Shown piece after piece: positions 1 through 11,855 of a stretch of DNA of 64,000 bases (positions are counted from its first letter, which is position 1; the number at the start of each line of letters is the position of its first letter). The stretch spans positions 19,274 to 83,273 of the forward strand of contig CDMY01000414.1 of assembly GCA_001179505.1 (NCBI GenBank), read 5' to 3'. The notes beneath the pieces were generated by a model. That model saw only the letters and a program-made list of their open reading frames with translations, was not told the DNA's origin and made no database searches. Source of the stretch: Vitrella brassicaformis CCMP3155. Taxonomy: Eukaryota; Protista; Chromerida. A program made the position numbers and the translations under genes.

Positions 1-1179
1 ATCTATGTAGGTCCCGCCTCCTTCCCTCACCACCTCCCAGCCCATCTCCTCTGCCGCCTGAATCGTCTGCACCGAGTCATTGGACCAGTTGTCTGGGTCG
101 ACCAGGTCACGGGCGACCTCAAGTCGGCAAATGACCTTGAGCTGGCGCTTCCTGGCGGCTCCCGACGGGGAGGGGGAGGGGAGGGGCGGAGGATCCGCAC
201 TCGCGCTGCTGGACGAGGCCGCCGCACTGCCACTGTGCAGCGACAGCTGGCGCAGGAGAGTCACCAGCTTGCTGGTCTCCGTGTTGTGTGCCACCCATTT
301 GCTCCGCGACAGCGTGAGGTGGCCGACGTGGTGCAGGTTCTTAAGCGATGCGAGGGCAGCGGTGGTGAGGGGCACCACAGAGCTCTGGTCGTCGAGGGGG
401 AGGCTGTGCACACGGCAGCAGAGGAGCGGGAAGATGTCCAGGTGGCTGAGGGATGGGGACGAGCCGAGCATGAACGCCAGACTGCCATCAAATGTGGCGC
501 GCATGAATCCCCACTTGCCGAGAGGGAAGGTTGCGACGTGGTATTCCTCATACTCGGAGAGGACCTTGCCGGTGAGCCGCTCGAGCGCTGGGCAGACGAG
601 CTTCTGCTGCTGGAAGAGATGCAGTCCGTCGAGGCTGTCCACCTCAATCGACCTGACCGAGGGAAACACAGCTTCGGGCCCCTTGACCTGCGCCACTGGC
701 TGGTCGCTCGGCGCATCCTCCGCTCCATCGTCCGAATCGTCGTCTGCATCTCGTTCCGCCTTGGCTTGTGTCGTCTGGATGGCCTTGAGCGTGTCGGTGT
801 GGTAAACCAGCTGCAGCGACACAAAGGCGAACAGCCGCGCCCGGCCGATCTTCTCGACCTCCCCCTCTCTGGGCAGCAGGATGATGGCGTGTTGCTGCTG
901 CTCGAACGTCACCAGGCTGCCGCCCGGACCCCTGCAGCTGAGGCCGTGGTTGGGGCGGTGCCAGTTGATGACCCGGATCAGCGAATAGATGGCCCAGTAG
1001 AAGGCCCGACTGATGCAGCTCATCGCCAGGCGCTCCTTGACCGACTGGAATGACGCCACATTGAGCCAGGTATCGCCATCCAGAAGGCTCGTGAAGCTCC
1101 TCGGCGCGGCGCGGTTGGACGGGTCGTCACTCTGGGCTGGGGCGGCTGTGCGCGGGGCTTTGGCTGGCGGGTCGTCCAT
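1..1179 (-). CDS. F-box-like protein with possible LRR-like C-terminal region; single exon, 3'-truncated by the window edge
   Basis: Manual translation shows an uninterrupted frame from ATG 1179 (in-frame upstream ATG at 1254) to base 1: MDDPPAKAP...SFTSLLDGDTWLNVASFQSVKERLAMSCISRAFYWAI...FPSVRSIEVDSLD...LVCPALERL...SPSLSHLDIFP. It is absent from the ORF track because there is no stop inside the window. The + ORF 235..1053 is its in-register antisense shadow. Confidence 0.7.
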   Translation of the reverse strand, partial: MDDPPAKAPRTAAPAQSDDPSNRAAPRSFTSLLDGDTWLNVASFQSVKERLAMSCISRAFYWAIYSLIRVINWHRPNHGLSCRGPGGSLVTFEQQQHAIILLPREGEVEKIGRARLFAFVSLQLVYHTDTLKAIQTTQAKAERDADDDSDDGAEDAPSDQPVAQVKGPEAVFPSVRSIEVDSLDGLHLFQQQKLVCPALERLTGKVLSEYEEYHVATFPLGKWGFMRATFDGSLAFMLGSSPSLSHLDIFPLLCCRVHSLPLDDQSSVVPLTTAALASLKNLHHVGHLTLSRSKWVAHNTETSKLVTLLRQLSLHSGSAAASSSSASADPPPLPSPSPSGAARKRQLKVICRLEVARDLVDPDNWSNDSVQTIQAAEEMGWEVVREGGGTYID

Positions 1180-1595
1180 CTCAGCAAGCCCCAGAGATAG
1201 CGCTACGACGCTACAGCTACCTGCAACACTCAGAGACACAAGACGACTTGCCATGTGCACGGTGCTGCCTCTCCCATTCGCTTACGGGATCTGCGATAGA
1301 ATGCAATGTATGGCGACTCCCCTCAGTGGCCGGGCTCCAAACGACTGGTTTCGGCGGGTGAATCGGAGCGCGGTTTGCTGTCCAGCCGCCCAAGGAGGAT
1401 CTTTCCCTTTTCTTCTCTTCTCTCCCCTCCCAATCTGCGAGCTTAGCTGTGAGGAGGGAAGGAGTGGACCCTGCTTGGACCATCTGTGACTCTGACGGAG
1501 GGAATGAGGCGATGAGTTTTCAGCAATACGTTCGTTCGGCGCTGAGCTGAGGCTGCTGGCAGTGCTGCCATCGATGACCACCCCATAAATCAATC

Positions 1596-4475
1596 ATGTC
1601 GTTCACAGGCAGCTCGTACACCAACGTGGGTGAGGGGTACGGTGGAGAGGCGGAGGACGGCTGTCGGGACATCGCTGAGACCGACGAATGGGGATTCGTG
1701 CCCAAACGAAGCGAAGTCGTCATGCTCGGCTCCGGGCCCTCCACAGGTCTGACAGCAAGCATCGCCTGACGCGGGCCCTCACGCCAGCAGGATGGCTTGC
1801 AAACAGTGGTTTTATCCTTGTGTGGTGTGTGTGCTACAGGTGTGCCGTGGTTGCGTTGTCTGACTGACCCGATGGACGGCCGGCCTTGTCGTGTGTGTCG
1901 TGAGGCGAGGCGGAATTCTCTGAGCAAGAACCGGCGGCGCAACCCCTCCATCCTGCTCAAGATACGCAAGAAGGCACACGAGATTGAGAAGGAGAACCGG
2001 GACACAGCCAATGGAGGAGAAGGTGAGTGGGTTTGGTGTGTCGGGAGGGTGCGATGGATGAGTCTAGAGCGCGGGTGCTGTGTGTGTGTTGTGTGGTTTC
2101 AGGTCCTGATGCGTTCCACATCATCCTGATTGACTGCGGCAAGAGCTTTCGCGACGCAGTGGAGACGTTCTTCCCGCTGCTGGCCGTCAAGTGAGGCCAA
2201 ACATTGAGCACTCTTCCGCGACCATCGGGCTGATCATGTTTCCTGTCGTGTCTGTCATGTCAGGCGCATCGACGGCGTGGTCTTGACGCACGACCACGCG
2301 GATGCGGTGCTGGGCATCGATGACCTCAGAGACCTGCAGAGGTCAGACAGACAGCGGGGCGCCAACCATGGGGGCGTGGTTGATGCGTTGTGTGCCGTCG
2401 GTGTGTTGTGTTGTGTTCAGGTGCGAGAAGCGTGTGGATCCCGTGACGGGCCACTCCAACCTCGCCTCGACCAACGCCCTGCCCATCTGGGGCAGCTCAC
2501 AGGTCACACACACACACACACAGGCATCCCATACAAAGCCATGAGCACGAAGGAGCCGAATGCACCACCGGTCACTTGGGGGCATCGATCGCTTCATGCG
2601 TTCAGACTGTCGAGCGTCTCTTCAACATGTACCCATACCTCTTCGCCCCCGACCAGCGCTCCCTCGTGCGACGGCACTCGCCATCCGTCTCATCGCCACA
2701 AGCACACAACCCAAGCAACCCCCGCGAAGCGCGCCTCGAGGCCATCCAGGAGGCCAACGGCAGCGCACCCCACGCCACACACAACGGAGCCCTGTCATCC
2801 CCCTCATCACACATTCCCCCCGTATCATCATCGCCCGACTTTAAGCGACTCGTGGAGAACAACGGCGCCGCCAACACGGTCAAGGAGTCGCTCCCTGCCT
2901 CCTCCCCACCCACCCCGCCACGCACGCCCTTGCCAGAGGGGCTGGGGCTGGGTCCGCTGCCTGCCCGGAGGAGGCCGGTGGGGCCGGCGAGGTACCACCA
3001 CCACCCGCACCCGTTCGTCCCGCATCGGTCCACATCTGACTATGTGCATCCCTCCAAGACGGCCGGCGACTCGTACGCGTGCCACCGGTCTATGAGTTTG
3101 TCGATCAACTTCTTCATCCCCTCGCAGCCGCTGCTGTTCGACGACCCCCCCTCCCCCTCGGCACTCTCCACCAAGACCACCATGGCCGCCATTCCCGCGT
3201 CGGCGCAGAATGTGCGGCCGCAGAAGAACAGGTGGGCCGACGACAAGCCGGTCAAGAAGGTGCAGCGAGATCACAAGGCCGGCCTCAAGCCGCCTGTCAA
3301 CGGCCCCATGCGGACGGCATCGGCCGATGTGCCGGGGACCGGGTCGACGTATGACCCCTCCAGCACCCTGCAGGACCGGCGCGGCTCCCCCAACCTACGC
3401 ATCACCATCAAGGAGCCGACCACCAAGTCAGCGTCACTCACGCCCAAGCCCATCGACTCGCCGGTCGAGTCGGTGCCGTCGCTGCCCATGACCCCGTCAG
3501 ATTCGTCGCCCCAGCTGGCGGCATCGACGTCGCTGGAGAGCAATGACCACGACATCAACACGCCGCTGTCTGGCAAGAGTGAGGGGCGTGCTATGAGGAT
3601 GGAGGAGCGGCGGGATGAGGGCGGGATGGGCAGCGGGGTGGGTGGGGCGGGGGAGGTGAAGAGGAAGGCCGTTCCGACGCGATTCACGGCGTCCATCGAC
3701 TGGCAGTTCTTCGAGCCACTCGAGAAATTTAAGGTACGTCTGTGCTGGATGGGGGATGGCTGGCTGGGTGGGTGGCTGGGTGGGCGACAGCGCCTCACGG
3801 GGCGTGCGTTCATTGCGTTTGTGCTGTGCTGTGGCCGTGTGTGTGTGAGGTGTGTGGGTATGAGATAATGCCGCTGCCTGTCTGGCACGGCAAGGACTAC
3901 ATCTGCTATGGCTTCGAGTTCGGCGAAAAGGTACACACACCACGTGTTGAGGCCATCCATCCATCCCTCCATCGCTTGCCGTGTTCAGGAGCGTTTCGTC
4001 TATCTGTCTGACGTGTCTGCTGTACCTGAGGCGACCATGGCCTACCTCAAGGGGGGCCCACGCATCGCCACGCTGGTCCTCGACGCCCTCTTCAAGGACA
4101 AGACCCACCCCACACATTTCAGCCTCGTGAGCCGACCAAAGAAGGAATTATGCATCTAGCCAGCCACTGGGGAGGGAGCCGTGGGGAGGGTGTGTGTGTG
4201 TGTGTGGTGTGCAGGTGCAAGCGTGTGATTTGATCCGGCAGCTGCGGCCCAAGCAGACCTTCCTGACAGGGATGTGTCACGACTTCGACTACCCCCACGA
4301 CAACCCTACCATCAAAGCCACCATGGTCAGCTGACAAGGCAACAGACAGACGAACGAGTCGTCACTGCAAAGGGCTGCGCGCGTGTGTGTGTGTGTGTGT
4401 GTGATGCCGCATCAGAAATCTGAGGGTCTGCACGTGGAGATGGGCTTCGACGGCCTCTGCATCCCTCTCAGCTGA
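1596..4475 (+). CDS. PhnP-like metallo-beta-lactamase-fold hydrolase (multi-exon) with a large internal insertion
   Basis: Spliced motifs: VVMLGSGPSTG|VPWLRC..PCRVC..KNRRRNPSILL, ILIDCGKSF, VLTHDHADAVLGIDDLR, PLPVWHG, FVYLSDVS, LVLDAL..HPTHFSL, LTGMCHD, VEMGFDGL. GT-AG introns; TGA at 4473-4475. Confidence 0.9.
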
Positions 4476-5488
4476 TGAGCCAGCCGCCCGGGCCGTGTCG
4501 CGGGATAGTTGATTGAGATGCTGGGTGGCTTCACTGATTGATGTTTATGGGGCGTTTTGTCGGTGAGGGGGTCGACTTGACTTTGGTGTGGGGAATGGGA
4601 TGGCTATTGTTGACTGACGGGGTCCGGTCCACTCATTCCATCCATAGTTTGTGGTTCGTGTGTGTATGGGGTCATCGGTACGTGGTTTACACACACCCGT
4701 ACAGCGAGTCAGACTTTTTCTTGGCCCGCATCCATCCATCCATCCATCCAGATTTGGCCGCCCATTTCCGCGCATCCACCCCCTGGAGGCAGATGTGGTG
4801 TTTGTTTGTCGTACTCGTGGCTCATCCCTTGTGTGTGTGGGTCTGTGTGCTGACTTGAGGGGGTCCGCTTGGCACTGGTTTGGGAACCCCTTGGTGATGT
4901 TGGGCGCTGGTGGCACACGCACACGCCAAGAGCTTGACGTCGTCGAGGGGAATCCGAAGCACTGGCAAGAGGACTGACTCATCGCAATGATGAGTGAGTG
5001 CAGCAGCCAGCTGGGGTGTTCGCTGTGCTGCAGTGTGTTGTGTTGTGTTGTGTGAGTGTTTGAGAGGGACGCCTGACAGGACAGGACAGGGCCGGCCAGG
5101 GCCGATCAGTGTAGTGCTCCTTTCTGGTGCTGCGAGAGAGAGAGAGAGGGAGTGCCAGAGAGTGCCAGAGAGTGAGGGAGGGAGTGGCGTGACAATGATG
5201 TGACGACCATGCAGACAGACAGAAAGGTGATCTCGGGAAGTGATGCCTGTGTGTTTGTTTGTGGAGGGAGGGATGGACACATTTGACGGCATGCATGTAT
5301 GGTATGAACAAAGACAAGACACATGGAAAGAGGTCCTCCCGTCGGCCGACCGACCGTCCCTACTAGTTAGCGTCTCCCGTCTAGATCTACACCTACGTCT
5401 CAGCATTCTACCACACCACCTCACATCGCCTTGATCGATCCACCACCAAACCACACCACACCACACACTCTCACATGCGGCCGACTCT

Positions 5489-8400
5489 CTACCTACCTAT
5501 CGTCCTGCGTCGTCCTCTCCCGCCGCGACCTCTTAATGCCTCTGAAGGAGTCAGCCACTGGCTGTCATCTGGCGGTGGGGATGGAGGTGGGGGTGGAGGT
5601 GGGGACGAGGGAGGGGATGGTGCGCTGTTGCTGTGGTTGGCCCGGTTGGTCAGCTGCAGCTCCAGTCTGGCGGGGCCGTCCTGGTGGATGGACAGCCGCG
5701 GCTCCGCTGCACAGATCTGCTCCAGCTCACGGCGACGGAAACACCCATTCAGGTCTGAGAGGACACACGACGGGCACAGCATCCATCCATCGAACACGGG
5801 CAACGAACGGCCTTTTATGCATGCGCACGTGAGATGGGCAGGTTGCCGGACTGGGTGGGCACCAGGAGGCCTCTGACGGCGCATGCGTCTTTGATGAAGG
5901 GCTGCATGTGCTGCGAATGGACGAGCCGACGCAGGACCCTCTCGTCGCCGTTGAGCTGATGGATCGGCACGCGCCCTGCAGCGCAGCGCAGCGCACGCAC
6001 AGACACATATGTGGTGGTCTGTGGTGTGGGTGGTGTTGTTCGGTGTGTGGTCGTCTTGTACCCATGCCGGATCTGATGAGACCGTCCGCCAGCTCCATGC
6101 CCATACGCCTCGCCGCACCCGCCACGACACCCACGCCGCCGTCATGACCACCAGGGCCCACACCGTTGGGCTGCATGCTGGGGCCGCCTTGGGCCATCCC
6201 TCCCCCTCCCCCTCCCCTACCACCTCCCCCGCCACCTCGGCCACGATCGGACGGGCCGGAAGGAGCAGTTTTCCGGCCGCCCCTGCTGCCCCCTCCTCTC
6301 CGGCCGCTGTCTGGCTGCTCCAGGCCGAGGAGCTCCAAGATGGCCCGCCGGTCGTTCTTCTTGTCAAAGGGCTTGAATATGAGCTGCAGGTCAGGGACGG
6401 ACCGCACCGTTGCGAAGAGGGCGTATGCGCGGCGGAACTCCAGCGACAGCCGCTCGTGAGCCGAGAAACGACTGGCGCCTGACAAATAGACAAATAGATA
6501 GCCACGCACACACAGATGTCTGCCAGACATCCGGTTGTGTTGTGTTGTGTTTGTGTGGGCGTACTTACTGAGTACGCGATCCTTGTCGAATGGATCCTCA
6601 ATGGCCAGGCCGAGCGACACTGAGAGCCCCTCGATGTTGCGCTCCGCCACGACCTGCTCCAGCTCTTGCTCCTCAGCACCCTCACCCTCACCCTCGCCAT
6701 CACCATCACCGCCGCCATCACCACCACCCTCACCCTCCACTGGCCACCCCTGCTCCTGCGTGTAAAGGTAAGGGCCATTCTCGTCACTGTCGTGCTGGTA
6801 CGCGTCTGCGTCAGCTGCCGCTGGTGGGTCGGGGTCTGGTGCGAGGTGTGCTGCTGTGGGCGGCTGCTGCTGCTGCTTCTGGTAGGAGGTGAAGTACTTG
6901 GTCTTGCGTATCTTCTCGGGGTAGCGCTTGATGGAGATCAGATTGTGGAATAGCGGATACTCGTAGCTGACCACACCACCACACCACACCACACCACACA
7001 CAGGAACGATAGAGAGCATGCACACGCACCACGGCCCGCCCCTCTCCCCTCCCTCTCCCCTCCGCCCCTCAATTCTTCTGTCTGACCTGTAGAAGCGGAC
7101 GAACTTGTATAAGAGCAGCAGCAGGGAATCGTCGTTGGCGGCCTTCATCCCAAAGGCCTCCCGCCAGGCGTTGCCCCGCGGCTCCAGGATGCTCCGCTTC
7201 AGCTGACGCAGAGGCCTTACGGGATCGCTGAGGGCCGTGGGCGTGCCGTCGTGGTTGAAGTCCCGCGGCGAGCGGTCGTCGTTGAGGAGTGGTTGTGTGT
7301 TGGGTCCGTCGGTGGGGTGGACGAAGAATACGTCGTGGGTGTCCTGGTCCACCATGGTCTGGGGGAGGGGGTGGGCGTGGACTGACGGGGGCGGGCACTG
7401 CAGATTGGGCAGAATGCCTACAGACATGTGCCAGCAGAAAGAAAGAACCACACAGCAGACAGGGAGGGACGGAGGGAGGGAGGGAGGGAGGGAGGGGGTC
7501 GTGTGTGCATCTGTCTGTCGTCGTTGTCTTGTGCAGTGGCAGTGGCTGGCTGGTCCTGTTTACCGAGGTGTTGGAGGAAGAATATGGTCAGGAGTACCCA
7601 TGAGTACGACGACAAGGTGCCCGTGCGGGGGTCGGCGATGCCGCGCGCCTTGGCCCACAGCTTCACGGCCAACCCTGCCACACACCACACACACGCACAC
7701 ACGCCCACAGACAAGAACACAAGAACACAAAGCCAACAATCAGCCCAGCCCGGCTTGGACGTCCTCTTTTCTCTCTCTCCGTGTGCCCCACCCAATGCTG
7801 CAGCGCGAGGGTCCAGCTCTGCGTACGCCCTGAGAGGGGGAGGGAGGAACCATACACACACACACACAGACATCACACGATGCCTGCCTCCCTCCCTCCC
7901 TCCGTCCGTCCCCAGGAACCAACCGTAGTAGTCGGCTGTTGTGGATGTGGGCCCGACGGAGATGTCCACCTTGACCTCCCGACCACCAGCCTCACCGCCA
8001 TTGCCACTGCCACCGCCATTGCCATTGGCGTCGGGCTGCTTGAGTGTGCAGGTGAGGATGGGCACCCGGGCGGTCTCGATGGCCTGCACCGTGAAGCCCA
8101 CCTCCCGCAGCGGCTGCATCAGCTCACGTATCGCTATGATGGCCGACTCCTTGTCGACAGCTGTCGACAGAGGCACCAACACGTCCAAATCTGCAGACAC
8201 ACAGACATGGATAGATTAGCCAACGCAACGCATATATCGGTGGGTGCAGGTGTGTGGTGTGGTTGCGTCACCCCACCTACCTGACACGGACAGCGCGAAG
8301 CCGCTCACAGCGCTGCCAAAGAGGAGCCCCGGCACGCCGTACTTCGCCTTCAACACACCGGACACTGCACACACACACACACACACACACACGCATTCAC

Positions 8401-9346
8401 GGCCGCCTCAGCAACAGACACACAGACGAACAATGCCACCACAAGCCACCACCGGCCGTGCTGTGTAGCCTACCCTTTTCGTACGCCATGACGAGTAGGT
8501 CTACTCGCTCTGGTGTGGGAACGGCTTGCTGCACCAGCGACCAGAGCCAGCCGTTGGGGTGGGTGGGGGGCGGGGGCGACGGGTTCGACATGAACAGCGA
8601 TGCGGGCGGGGTGGGCAGGGCCAGCACTCTATCCTCCACGAGGAAGTAGGTCGCCTGATGCAGACACACAGAATGGCTTTGTTTGCGTGTGTTTTGGGGT
8701 GGGTGTGGCACCTGACCTGGTCGTGTCTGCAGCGGTGCATATAGGCGGTGCGTTTCTTCTTGACGAGCTGGTCGATGGCATCCGCCAGCGCAAGCCTCTC
8801 CTCGCCGCTCTCTCTCTTCCACAGGCCCTCATGCACCAGCAGCACATCTACCAACCTAAACACACACACGCACACGCACACACACACACACACACACATG
8901 GAGCAGTGGGTATATAGGTCTGCCTGCGAGCGTACCGCGCCACTTCGCTGCGTTTGTCCTACGTCATCCATGGCTGCGCCACCTCTCGCGGCAGCCGTGC
9001 GATGAGCGCCAGCACCTTCGTCAGCGACTCTCGCACAAGCTGCACGGAAAGGCCCTTCCCTCACACATGTGTGTCTGCGGCCGTCCCTCACCGTTGCGCC
9101 GAATCCTTCATCGTCATGAAAGCACTGAAACCGCCGTCCAGCCACCAGCCGCAGCACGAAGCTCATCGCGTGGATGCCGTCAGGCGCCCTCTCCAGGTCT
9201 CGCAGGCCCTTGCGAAACGCTCGGATGGCGTCCTGCTGTCGGTCCTGCGAGTGGAGGCTGGGGTACATCTGGATGTCCGCCAGAACGGCCAGTGTCTGCG
9301 GGCTGCATTTGGTCAGAGGATCCACAGACTGCTGCGACTTCGCCAT
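5489..9346 (-). CDS. Cid1/TUTase/GLD-2-type terminal nucleotidyltransferase (TENT family), multi-exon; 3' end uncertain
   Basis: FGSAVSGFALSVS|DLDV (GS..DxD, split by an intron near 8281-8192), ARVPIL, third Asp in KVDISV, LAVKLWAKARGIADPRTGTLSSYSWVLLTIFFLQ, and the nucleotide-recognition motif LAIEDPFD. ATG at 9346. Confidence 0.88.
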
Positions 9347-9503
9347 GGCACACACACACTCTCAGCAGGGCCGACGACGGAACTCTTTCGTCGCCGCGTC
9401 CTCTGCTATGATTGTCGAACCCCTCGCAAATGCGAGCTCAGTTGTGCCTGAGCGAGAGCTGCAGCGGTGCCTGGTGTAGATCCAGGTGTTTCGGCGTCGA
9501 AGA

Positions 9504-11366
9504 ATGGTGGAGCGGTTCCCTTGGAGTGACAAGGGCCTGCTGCCCGTCCTCCTCGCAGCCATCCTATCATCCGTCAGCAGTCTGACGTGGTCTGTCAATG
9601 GAGTGTCGTCCCCATCCTTGAGTGCGCCATCGCCCATGGCCTTTCTGAGCGGCGCTTCCCCTGCTGCTGGCGGCCGGCCATTTCGGAGGCGAAGGGTGAG
9701 CCTCACACGCAACGCAACGCAACGCAAGGAGGCCACTGATGTGTGTGTGTTTGTTTGTTTGTTTGTTTCCGTGTGTGTGTTGTGCCAGCGTGTGATTGTG
9801 ATGGCGAGGGACAGCCGCAGCGCCCAGAGCAGGATGATCAGGCGGCGCAAGAAGGGCATCAGACGGCTGGATGAGCAGCCCCCGGCGGACACCGCACAGC
9901 CAGAAAGGAACCAAGGTATCCAGCAACAGTCTCCCCCAGAAGCAGCATCGCCACCGACAGCTCCCCCACCCCGTGCACCGCCCGCCGCTGCTCCTCCCTC
10001 CCCCTCACCCTCTCCCCGTCTGCCGACCACCCTCACCCCAGAGGAGCAGGAACTCATGGCCGACACATCCACCACACAGACAGCCGATGGCTCCCAGAAG
10101 CTCAAGATCTCCAGCACCCTCAAGAAGTACGGCCAGCAGCCGACTCCCGACGTGGCGGGCGCCTCGTTCGACGAGATTTTTGCGCCGATATCTGCCAAGG
10201 GTCTTGGGCGTGAGAGTTTGTTCACCACTGACGACACGCAGATCCCTGAGCTGGAGGAGGTCTTTGAGGAGGCCGCCAGGCGGAAGCTGCAGCAGGAGAA
10301 GCGCGCCGATATCAACGCTGCAAAGGCGGTGGGTGCACTTGTTTCTCTCTGTGTGTGTGTGTGTGTCATGGGTGTCATGATGATGTGGTGTGTCAGAGGG
10401 AGAAGATTCGCCGTTCTGACACTGAGCGCATCCGCGAGGAGCTGTTGTACGACCCCTTCGCCGACACGCAGTTCGAGCGGTTCGTGGAGGACCGCAAACC
10501 GGTCGACGCTGTCGGCGCCGTATTCGGCGAGGGCCTGGCGCCCGCACAGCCATTCCTGGGCTTCATCCCCACGTCATTCTTGCAGACAGGTCGGTAATGG
10601 TGGGGTGGGGGGGTGTTCAGGTGTCTGTGCGTCTGTGTGTGTGGATGGATGGATGGATGTGTGTGTGTGCAGGTCATTTGGTGCTGCTCTTTGTTGTCGC
10701 GTTGTGTGGATTGGTGGAGGACCCCGGCAACCCCCTGACCAATCTGCCGCTGCCCATCAGGAACTTCTTCGTCACTGTGAGTGACGACACTGTCGCCACA
10801 CATGACACACACACACACACACACACACATCCGCCCTCCAGCCATCGACATGTCTTACCATGTGTGTCTTTCAGGGTTTGGGTCTTGTGTTTGCGGTGAA
10901 TGTGGTGCTGTCGGCGCTGTCAATCTCCCCCGCCATAGCGCGGAAGCAGCCGTGGTACTTCTGGGCCTTCAAGACACTCCTGCTTGGCGGACTGGCGTAC
11001 GATGAACTCATGCAGGTCGGCAGACAGACCAGGCACATGACATCGATGAGACGGACGGCACTTACACGCCATCCATTTGTGTGTGGGCGTGGGTGTGTGT
11101 GGTGTCAGATCCCGCCCTTTGACGAAGACCCATCGAAGCGGCCTCCCCCGCAGCCATCTAACCGCTTCACGGAGGCATCCAGGGCCAGAGCGGCCGACAG
11201 GGGCGACGTACAGGCCGTTGCAATGGCGCCACCGCCCACATCTGCCGGCCCCCCTGCTGGTGCTGGTGCTGGTGCAGGGAGGGCGGGTGTGGGCAGGGGC
11301 AGCGGGAAGGCCACCACTACGATCCGCAGGAGGCGGAGGAAGGTGCCCTCGAATAAGGGGACATAG
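9504..11366 (+). CDS. Putative plastid-targeted membrane protein (bipartite leader, about 3 TM helices)
   Basis: Signal-like LLPVLLAAILSSVSSLTWS, then MAFLSG and an Arg/Ser-rich transit-like stretch. Spliced core: PFLGFIPTSFLQT|GHLVLLFVVALCGLVEDPGNPLTNLP..|GLGLVFAVNVVLS..RKQPWYFWAFKTLLLGGLAYDELMQ. Confidence 0.7.
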
Positions 11367-11855
11367 CCTAGCCATGGGCATGGGCGGCGTGGAACTAAGG
11401 GAATTTTGCGACCGAGTTTGATTGATATGTTGGGCGGCTCACTCACTCAGTGGCTGGCAAGTGTGGCTGTGAGTGCTGGATGGAGTAGGGGTGTTTCTCG
11501 GACGTGAGGAGGAAGGACCATGACTGAGAGTGGTGTGTGTGGGGGGGGTTGTGTGGCTGAATCAAGTCACAAGATGTGTGGATGGATCCGTTGGCAACAG
11601 GTGCACTGACGCTCATAGACACACACATAAATGAGGAAGGCAATCCGACACATGCAGCGAATGTCTGACACATCTACACACACAAACAGACAACCCTCCC
11701 TCCCAGTACGCACCAGTTGCGCGTAGCGTCAAGTATGCAACCAGACACGCGAAAAGGCAGACAGACAAGACATGCAGACAGGCAGGCACTCCAGAGTGAA
11801 TTGCGAGTCTCCTCGACACACGACAAGCCCACCCCCCTGCAGCAGCAGCCGTCGT

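Noticed and set aside
80-1489. Long + strand ORFs (80..805, 235..1053, 1013..1489)
   Set aside because: They are antisense shadows of the minus-strand F-box-like gene and have no motifs of their own.
4538-5466. Small ORFs between the hydrolase and the nucleotidyltransferase (for example 4651..4977)
   Set aside because: They are microsatellite-rich with no recognisable motif. A short extra exon of the minus-strand gene cannot be excluded.
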